DNA of 64,000 nt from Acutalibacteraceae bacterium (lineage in GTDB: Bacteria; Bacillota; Clostridia; Oscillospirales; Acutalibacteraceae), in assembly GCA_045534895.1 (NCBI GenBank), contig JAZSKN010000033.1, forward strand, positions 890 to 64,889, read 5' to 3'. Under the pieces are notes generated by a model, which saw nothing but the letters and a program-made list of their open reading frames with translations, had not been told where the DNA came from and searched no databases. Of this stretch, positions 45,305 to 52,164 are shown in pieces. The first letter of the stretch is position 1. Each line of letters opens with the position of its first letter. The position numbers and the translations under genes are program-made.

Positions 45305-48058
45305 ATGGGAAAAGAGAAGAAAAAATGGTATCAAACAGGAGAGTTTGAAGATGGATATCAGTTTGGTGATATTTTTAGGACAGTAAAAAACAGTATAAGC
45401 GGTAAAGAGGAAGAAGTAGAAAAGGTTAAGAATATTACAGAAAAAAGTGGAACGAGTGCACAAATTCCTTTTGCGGCGGTTAAGGATGGTAGATTATCGG
45501 TTGATGTACCGGCACAGACTTTTGGATGGAAAAATGATGCTGAACGTGCGAGATTTAAAGCAGAGCACCCAATGGAGTATGCGGCTACAGGTGGTGTGAA
45601 GCTTGATACAAATGTTTTGTCGAAAAATAATATTCAACTGACTACAGAGCAACAAAATATTTTAGAAGAAGCACGGAAAAAAGATGAATATATCAAAAGC
45701 TTACAATATAAACTTGATGTTATAAATGTGAAAAACATAGAGAAAAAACGCAAGAACAGTCATTTGATTGCAGATAGCGAAATAGAATCCGAATTGAGAA
45801 TTAAATGGCTCAATGGCGTTGTGAATATGGATGAGCTTGCAACACAACTAAAAAAAGAGAATGATATTTATAATGCAAAAATTAAATTTGATAACGGTGA
45901 TGCGATAAGTCTAAATGAACGATTGTTGTTAACAGAAAACGGCGGAGAAAATTATACGGAAGGAAACACGAATAAAATTATTGACTTTTTGGCGCAAGAT
46001 AATCCAGAGAATATAAATGCTCGCGATACTGCAGAGAAAGCAAGAAAAAAGCAAAAAAATAATATACCGCTGACTCAAGAGGAAAAAACAGATATTTCTA
46101 ATTATGAAACGCGACGGCACATACAAAAAAGCATTCTTGAAAATAAATATGCTTTGGGTAGCGATATAAAGAAAAACAAAGAAAATATGAATACAATCGC
46201 CGCAATATCCTTATATAATGATGCGATATACGATACTGGAATTAATAAAACATTTAATCAAATGCAGTTATATATCAACACCGGATTCACAAGATATTTC
46301 CAAGATAGCATTAATACTGCAGAGATTTTCTTAACCGAGGACGCATATCACAAGGGTTTGACCGGTAACCGAGGGTCTAATGTAATTAAAAATGAACCCA
46401 AAAGCATGTACGAAATTGCGAATAGTGCTGTTGGTGAATATTTTGTGCAAAATGATATGAAGTTTAATAAGTTTGTACAGGACACAACAGTAAATCTGGC
46501 CAATAATACTATACCAATGTTGTTAAGCGGTGTAAGTGGTGGCGCTTCTATGGTGGCTAGTGGCTTGTCCGTTTTTGGAAGTTCGTATCGTGAAGCAGTG
46601 GAAATGGCACCGGATGTTGAAGAATGGCGATATTGGCTATACGCCGGAATGAATACCTCGGTTGAGTTGTGTATGGAAAAACTTTTGAGTGGTGATAAGA
46701 ATATTGCGGCGAATACGGGAAGTGAATTTACCGATGCTATGTTTAAGATGTTAACCAAAAACATCTCCAACAAAATGCTATTGGGCGGAGTGTATATACT
46801 GTCAAATAGCACGGGAGAGTTTGTTGAGGAAACTATACAAGGGCTTTTATCACCAGTTATGCAAGAATTAATTTTAGGCGTAGATGCTACATCTATATTG
46901 TCATCAAATAAAAATGAGCAATTAAACGCAATGAAAAATGCATTGTATGATGGTATGGTTGGGTTTGTATCGGCAGGTGTAACAACCGGTATGTTTATAA
47001 ACAGTACCATAGAGGGTATAGAACAAAGAAGAATAGTTGGAGAGTATTATAATAAATTATTTAACAATCTAAACATTGACTCAAAAAATGTTGCATTGTA
47101 TTTAAAAGAAATTTCGAATGGCGAAGGCATAAGATTATATAAATCGGCAAAAAAAGTTTTACAAGGCGATACTTCTAATGATGCAGTAGCAAATATGATG
47201 ATAGACGGTTTCGAACAAAGTCTTGAATCACAAAGGTTTATATATACAAAAATAGGTGAACAGTTAAATCGAAATAATAGGTATATAGTGTATAGTCTTA
47301 TAAAACAATATGACAAATTAAGTCAAAGTGAAATAGAACTTTCGAAAAGTATACATAAAACATATAATGAACTGATTAATACAAGTGAAAATACGAGCAG
47401 AGAGACATTTAATTATTTGGTAGGAAAACTTTCGACAACGATGGATGCTGTGTTGCCGAGAACTATTATGGCGTCGGAGATTAAGAAAAAAATTAATGCT
47501 GACATTAAAGAAAACCAAATGAAAAATAATAACAGTTCAATTGATGAAGTAGCAGTTGTTGATGGGATTTGGGAGGATTCACCAAATAAATCGAAAAATG
47601 TTGTCGAAAAAGGGCAGTTGGAAAGTGTTGAAAAGACAAAAGAAAATGGTATAATAGAGAAAACAAAGGTTCTAACGCTTGATGATTTGACAAAAGATGT
47701 TTTGAAAACAAAGCCATTGTATTCTCCTGTGCCAGAGAGGTGGATGCAAAATGGCGGAATTATAGAAATTGCAAATGATGGAAATTGGATATATACAAAC
47801 ACTGATGGAATAAGTGTTAAATATGTAGATGGATATCCAGATTTTAAGGGAGCAGGCTTAGTTATTCAAGAAGTCGATGTTGGAGAATTTGTAAGTCGCG
47901 AAGCAGACAAGAAAAAAGCAAAAGAATTAGTGCAGCAAAACCCAAATACAGAATGGCATCACCCGGCAAACAGTAATAAACTTCAAGAAATAGATGCAAA
48001 TATTCATAAACAATTTACTCATATTGGTGCAATTTCAAAAAATAAAAAAGGAGATTAG
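45305..48058 (+). CDS. Phage polymorphic toxin: 917-aa trunk with C-terminal WHH (HNH/EndoVII-fold) nuclease tip
   Basis: The C-terminus GYPDF...EVDVGEF..READKKKAKEL..NTEWHHPANSNKLQEIDANIHKQFTHIG fits the WHH toxin family. The tip follows the GIWEDSPNKSKNVVEKGQLE junction, and a SUKH immunity gene is 3 nt downstream. Confidence 0.7.
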   Translation: MGKEKKKWYQTGEFEDGYQFGDIFRTVKNSISGKEEEVEKVKNITEKSGTSAQIPFAAVKDGRLSVDVPAQTFGWKNDAERARFKAEHPMEYAATGGVKLDTNVLSKNNIQLTTEQQNILEEARKKDEYIKSLQYKLDVINVKNIEKKRKNSHLIADSEIESELRIKWLNGVVNMDELATQLKKENDIYNAKIKFDNGDAISLNERLLLTENGGENYTEGNTNKIIDFLAQDNPENINARDTAEKARKKQKNNIPLTQEEKTDISNYETRRHIQKSILENKYALGSDIKKNKENMNTIAAISLYNDAIYDTGINKTFNQMQLYINTGFTRYFQDSINTAEIFLTEDAYHKGLTGNRGSNVIKNEPKSMYEIANSAVGEYFVQNDMKFNKFVQDTTVNLANNTIPMLLSGVSGGASMVASGLSVFGSSYREAVEMAPDVEEWRYWLYAGMNTSVELCMEKLLSGDKNIAANTGSEFTDAMFKMLTKNISNKMLLGGVYILSNSTGEFVEETIQGLLSPVMQELILGVDATSILSSNKNEQLNAMKNALYDGMVGFVSAGVTTGMFINSTIEGIEQRRIVGEYYNKLFNNLNIDSKNVALYLKEISNGEGIRLYKSAKKVLQGDTSNDAVANMMIDGFEQSLESQRFIYTKIGEQLNRNNRYIVYSLIKQYDKLSQSEIELSKSIHKTYNELINTSENTSRETFNYLVGKLSTTMDAVLPRTIMASEIKKKINADIKENQMKNNNSSIDEVAVVDGIWEDSPNKSKNVVEKGQLESVEKTKENGIIEKTKVLTLDDLTKDVLKTKPLYSPVPERWMQNGGIIEIANDGNWIYTNTDGISVKYVDGYPDFKGAGLVIQEVDVGEFVSREADKKKAKELVQQNPNTEWHHPANSNKLQEIDANIHKQFTHIGAISKNKKGD
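47564..47633 (+). repeat. Trunk/tip junction repeat, copy 1 (in the expressed toxin gene)
   Basis: gggatttgggaggattcaccaaa...ttgtcgaaaaa...cagttggaaagtgttgaaaa shares identical runs of 23, 11 and 20 bp with copy 3. Confidence 0.8.
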
Positions 48059-48060
48059 TT

Positions 48061-48657
48061 ATGGCTTTTAATAAGTATGGAAAATTAGATGTTTCTATGG
48101 TTAATCAATTGGATGGAATATTAGGTTTTCAAGTGCCACAAGAATATAAAGATTTTTTGATTAATACAAATGGCGGACGTTTTGATTTTGAAGATGAACA
48201 TTATATAGTTGTAAAAAATAAAAAAATATGGATAGACGTTCTTTATGGGAACCAAAAAAATAAACGTTCAAGTTTGTTATTTTGGAATAATGAATATGGT
48301 GATGAAATTCCTGAGAATTCCATCATAATAGGTGATACACAAGATCATAACTTTTTAGTATATCTGTGCGCAGGTGAACAAAAAGGTATTTATTTGTGGG
48401 ATGATACAATGTGTGTTTGTGGTTTATCAGGTGATGGTAGGAATGCTTATTTTATTGCGAATGATATGAATGAATTTTTTAATATGTTTAATATTCAAAC
48501 CAAATTATTTTCTTCAAATGCTACTATATCAAATATAGATAAAAAAATCGGAGAAAGTAACATATTGTATAAGGCGCCAAACGAAAAGAAAATGCAAGTT
48601 ATAGACGCGATAACATTTAAGCGATTTATGCATCGTTGTGAGGATTTTATAATTTAA
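48061..48657 (+). CDS. SUKH/SMI1-KNR4 family immunity protein
   Basis: QVPQEYKDFLINTNGGRF...IIIGD....FLVY......GIYLWD is the SMI1/KNR4 pattern. It lies directly after the WHH tip. Confidence 0.75.
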   Translation: MAFNKYGKLDVSMVNQLDGILGFQVPQEYKDFLINTNGGRFDFEDEHYIVVKNKKIWIDVLYGNQKNKRSSLLFWNNEYGDEIPENSIIIGDTQDHNFLVYLCAGEQKGIYLWDDTMCVCGLSGDGRNAYFIANDMNEFFNMFNIQTKLFSSNATISNIDKKIGESNILYKAPNEKKMQVIDAITFKRFMHRCEDFII

Positions 48658-49064
48658 TATAATTGTTGGATTTTTAATGAAAAAGATTTGGATATAATAG
48701 TTATGTATTATCCAGAGTAGGAGTAATTATTGAAATAATAAGAGACAATGTTGATAAATTAATTGATAAAACAGATTACGAATATAAAAATGAATTTTCT
48801 GATAAAAAGGTGAATACTTTTTTTAATTATTGGCTATTTTTTGATCAAAAAGAATCAGAAATTGTTAAAATGTTAGGTATACCGTTAGATGTTGTGGTGT
48901 ATAGTAAATGGTATTGGAGCGAGCGATATAGGGTGAGTTATGAAGAATTATATAACGAGGAAATTCCAGGTGATCTTTAGGACACAAGGGGACGGTTCTA
49001 TTGTGCCTGCCCTTGTGTCTGTTGGGGTGGTATTAACTGGGCCGACGTAACATATTCTGCTTTA

Positions 49065-49769
49065 TTGGGCGGATTATCTTCTGGTGTATTTGAGTTATCG
49101 CCGAGTGTTTCATCAAATATTAAAAATAATAAGCTTAATCCAAATGAAGTTATTGAAGGTATTTGGGAGGATTCACCAAAAAGAGATAAAAATATTGTCG
49201 AAAAAAGTCAGTTGGAAACATTTGACAACAATAGTAATGATTTGTATAATAACAGTGAAATAAGATTATTAACGAGCGGAAATAGTGGCGGAAAAGCCAA
49301 ACCATATTCTGCAGATAATATTCCGCAATTTATAAATCAATATCTATACAAATTAAAAGATTATGGTGAGATTTTAGAAGTGAAAGAACCACCAAGTTTT
49401 TCTGATATCAGTTTAATGTCAAGGCAATCAGGAACTGAATTTGCATCAATAACCATAGGAGATAATAACTACATTATAAAGGGAGACAATAAAGGTACGC
49501 CAATTTCTAGTGAAATGTTTAAAAAAATTAGAGAAAACAAAGGAATATTAAATTGCCATTCACATCCTTTTATTGATGATTTTAGGGTTTCAAAAGAGGA
49601 TATTAATTTAGCCAAGCAGATGTATTGGCAAAAACAATTTTATATTGTTTCTCCCGATGGTAAATTTGCAACATATAATAGTAACGGAATCATTGATATA
49701 GATATTATAAGAAAAGAACTTGATGATTTGGATTTGGAATTTTATGCGGAATTACTCAGGGAGGATTAA
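49065..49769 (+). CDS. Orphan toxin module 2 (trunk end + junction + JAB/MPN-like tip); no credible start
   Basis: The frame is open from 48981 and the nominal TTG has no RBS. It encodes ..TYSALLGGLSSGVFELSPSVS..NPNEVIEGIWEDSPKRDKNIVEKSQLE, then a tip with CHSHPFIDDFRVSKED (H.H.x8.S..D, JAMM-like). Confidence 0.55.
   Translation: MGGLSSGVFELSPSVSSNIKNNKLNPNEVIEGIWEDSPKRDKNIVEKSQLETFDNNSNDLYNNSEIRLLTSGNSGGKAKPYSADNIPQFINQYLYKLKDYGEILEVKEPPSFSDISLMSRQSGTEFASITIGDNNYIIKGDNKGTPISSEMFKKIRENKGILNCHSHPFIDDFRVSKEDINLAKQMYWQKQFYIVSPDGKFATYNSNGIIDIDIIRKELDDLDLEFYAELLRED
49158..49218 (+). repeat. Trunk/tip junction repeat, copy 2
   Basis: 58 bp (49161-49218) are identical to 50878-50935. Confidence 0.85.
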
Positions 49770-49770
49770 T

Positions 49771-50049
49771 ATGCTAAGTGAAGATGTAGCAATTATTAAA
49801 GGTTTAAAGAAAATTGCTGAGATTTTTGGAATTGAGTATGTAAAAAAACATAAAGATGCGCCTATATGTAGGAGAAGAGAAGGTGATAAACTCATTTTTT
49901 CGTGTCTATATGAAGATGAAGATCAAAGGCCTGATTTAAAACCCGATCACTTAGGGTGGACGGTTTTTGCTGTGGTTGAAGTGAATTTAAAAAAAGAAAC
50001 AGTTAATATTATAGATTATGTTTTACCGGATGGAACCTCAAAACGATAG
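49771..50049 (+). CDS. Putative immunity protein for module 2
   Basis: 92 aa with a GGGAGGA RBS. The ATG lies 1 nt after the toxin-module stop. No family recognised, so the call is positional. Confidence 0.5.
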   Translation: MLSEDVAIIKGLKKIAEIFGIEYVKKHKDAPICRRREGDKLIFSCLYEDEDQRPDLKPDHLGWTVFAVVEVNLKKETVNIIDYVLPDGTSKR

Positions 50050-50114
50050 AATATTAGTAACACAGGGGATTAACACGCTAACCGTCCTCCGTGTTACCTG
50101 AACAAGCATTTTAA

Positions 50115-50176
50115 AAAAAGACAGGGTGGAAGCCTTGTCTTTTAATTTTGGGATTCAAAAAGTGCGACGAGTGTTA
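50115..50176 (+). repeat. 62-bp direct repeat, left copy (contains a terminator hairpin)
   Basis: aaaaagacagggtggaagccttgtcttttaattttgggattcaaaaagtgcgacgagtgtta has one mismatch to 51903-51964. Confidence 0.85.
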
Positions 50177-50304
50177 AGTCGTTTTTAAATTCTGTTGATA
50201 GTGAATTAAATGATTTTGTTGCTCGTGTAAAAAACGGTAGTAAGAAATTTGAACGCTATAAGATTTCAGAGGTAAGCGCACGCGAAGCGGATGATATTAA
50301 AAAT

Positions 50305-51426
50305 TTGCTTGGTATTGATGTTCAGGGTTACACACATAATATAAACAGTGATGGGATAAGGCATATACTTAAACGACATGGCGAAAAGGGACAGCAAGAT
50401 AATACGATGTCGAATGTTGACGATGTAGCTCGTATTGGTTGGGTTATAAATAATTACGATGCGGTTGAATTGATAATAGAAGATGGCAAGCAATCTTATA
50501 GTACGGGATTTGCAAATAAAAACAATAGTCCGGCACCGCAAATAAGATATAGCAAAAAAATAAACGGCACCTACTATGTAGTAGAAGCCATTTTTGAAAA
50601 CAAAAACAATAAACTATGGGTACAATCTGCATATTTGAGTAAAAATAGAGAAGACGTTACGCAAGTCCCCGATGCAGCAGATAAGCCCCCCGAGGTAACG
50701 GCTAAAACCGACCTTCCTTCTCCGTCTTCCAAATTTAGTTTATCACAGGACGTAAAAAAAGTCAATAATGATTACATAAGTAAAGAAGCAAGCTCGCAAG
50801 AAGAGAATGCTTCTTTTTTTGATTATAATTTAGAAAAAACCACACCAAAAATTAATCCCGATGAAGTGATTTCGGGGATTTGGGAGGATTCACCAAAAAG
50901 AGATAAAAATATTGTCGAAAAAAGTCAGTTGGAAAGTGTTGAAAATGTTGGGGATAACTGGTATAATGACAATAATATAATAACTGATGGTAGCCATTTG
51001 GTTAATGACAAGTTAAAGCCGAATGTAAAATATAAGTCCGGTGAGTATGACTATATTTATGCAACCGATCAATCAGGAAGAATAGTCGATTTACATACTG
51101 ATGAATTACAATATACTGAAAGAGATGAGCGCTTAAAACATAATGCTAATTCGCTTGGTAAAGAAATTGGCGATCATGCCGGTCATTTGATAGGAGATCG
51201 ATATGGTGGTTCACCGGATATAGATAATATTGTTTCGCAGTCAGGACTTGTAAATTTAAGCGAATATAAAAAAATAGAAAACATTTGGGCTAGAGCGTTA
51301 GATAGCGGACAAAAAGTTGGCGTCGATATTAAAGTACAATATGAAGGTAATAGTATGAGGCCGTCCTCATTTATTGTTAATTACACTATTGACGGAATTA
51401 AAACGCAAACAACCATAGAGAATTGA
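50305..51426 (+). CDS. Orphan toxin module 3: PBECR-like domain + junction + EssD/YeeF-type (Endonuclease_NS_2) nuclease tip; no credible start
   Basis: The frame is open from 50146 with no RBS. READDIKNLLGIDVQGYTHNINSDGIRHILKRHGEKG is typical of PBECR domains in polyvalent proteins. It is followed by GIWEDSPKRDKNIVEKSQLE and then GDHAGHLIGDRYGGSPDIDNIVSQ...W..AL..G..V.V.I...Y.G.S.RP. Confidence 0.6.
   Translation: MLGIDVQGYTHNINSDGIRHILKRHGEKGQQDNTMSNVDDVARIGWVINNYDAVELIIEDGKQSYSTGFANKNNSPAPQIRYSKKINGTYYVVEAIFENKNNKLWVQSAYLSKNREDVTQVPDAADKPPEVTAKTDLPSPSSKFSLSQDVKKVNNDYISKEASSQEENASFFDYNLEKTTPKINPDEVISGIWEDSPKRDKNIVEKSQLESVENVGDNWYNDNNIITDGSHLVNDKLKPNVKYKSGEYDYIYATDQSGRIVDLHTDELQYTERDERLKHNANSLGKEIGDHAGHLIGDRYGGSPDIDNIVSQSGLVNLSEYKKIENIWARALDSGQKVGVDIKVQYEGNSMRPSSFIVNYTIDGIKTQTTIEN
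50875..50945 (+). repeat. Trunk/tip junction repeat, copy 3
   Basis: See copies 1 and 2. Confidence 0.85.
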
Positions 51427-51440
51427 TGGAGGAAATAGAT

Positions 51441-51887
51441 ATGGCTAAAGTTTTTGAAGATTATTTTTCGGAATTGCAAGCGGATATGGTGGGCATCTGT
51501 ATGGAATACGTAGAGTATCAGGCAGATACAATATACATATATTGTTGTTGTGAAGGTAGAATGATTCATAGTGATTATTTTTATGAGATTGATGGACGAA
51601 TTGTACAAAAACAGCAAGTTAATGATGTTTCTTTTAGAAGCACTGCTATTCCTCAAAATGAAAGCACGTGTTTAAATATATTGATAAACGATGTGCGTGA
51701 ATTAAAAAAGCTTTGCATCGAATACGATAGACCAATGCCAACTCAAATTAAGATGATATATAACGTCAAGCAAAATTCACTTGATGCTAAGTATAAATAC
51801 GACAATCAATGGTTGAATCATAAAACTAAATCATCACCTGATATTTTTGTTGAGTGGTATGAGGAAGTTAAAAATTCAAAGAATTAA
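51441..51887 (+). CDS. DUF600/YezG-like immunity protein for module 3
   Basis: 148 aa with a TGGAGGA RBS. FSELQADMVGICMEYVEYQADTIYIYCCCEG...SDYFYEI resembles the DUF600 immunity proteins that pair with YeeF/EssD nucleases. Confidence 0.5.
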   Translation: MAKVFEDYFSELQADMVGICMEYVEYQADTIYIYCCCEGRMIHSDYFYEIDGRIVQKQQVNDVSFRSTAIPQNESTCLNILINDVRELKKLCIEYDRPMPTQIKMIYNVKQNSLDAKYKYDNQWLNHKTKSSPDIFVEWYEEVKNSKN

Positions 51888-51902
51888 ATATGTGTGATAT
51901 TG

Positions 51903-51964
51903 AAAAAGACAGGGTGGAAGCCTTGTCTTTTAATTTTGGGATTTAAAAAGTGCGACGAGTGTTA
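51903..51964 (+). repeat. 62-bp direct repeat, right copy
   Basis: See 50115-50176. Confidence 0.85.
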
Positions 51965-52107
51965 CATATTCTGCGTTGCTTGGTGGATTGTCTTCGGGTA
52001 TATTTGAGCTTTCGCCAAGTGTTTCGACAAATAATCAAAACAATAAACTAAATCCAAATGAAGTGATTTCGGGGATTTATAACCATATAACAATTAAACA
52101 GTATTAG
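51964..52107 (+). pseudogene. Tip-less trunk-end remnant
   Basis: It encodes TYSALLGGLSSGIFELSPSVSTNNQNNKLNPNEVISGI and then breaks exactly where WEDSP should start (..GIYNHITIKQY*). Confidence 0.65.
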
Positions 52108-52164
52108 TCAAATAAGCGGTTGTCAATTGGGCGACCGCTTATAATTTTTAAAAAGGATGATTAA

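Noticed and set aside
46348-47010. A 220-aa minus-strand ORF inside the 917-aa toxin gene, and likewise a 168-aa minus ORF at 62364-62870 inside the giant ORF.
   Set aside because: Both are antisense to long, motif-bearing plus-strand frames, have hydrophobic low-complexity translations and no RBS. They are shadow ORFs.
45305-47560. A MuF/SPP1-gp7 head-morphogenesis domain, expected from known phage polymorphic toxins.
   Set aside because: I found no MuF-like conserved blocks by eye in the trunk. I am leaving it as an unassigned carrier until a profile search is done.
48978-48983. The degraded small ORF ending at TAG 48978 and orphan module 2 are in the same frame, which suggests programmed stop-codon read-through.
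   Set aside because: Sharing a frame has a one-in-three chance. The intervening 60 nt form a hairpin and translate to an implausible Cys-rich peptide. No read-through context is evident.
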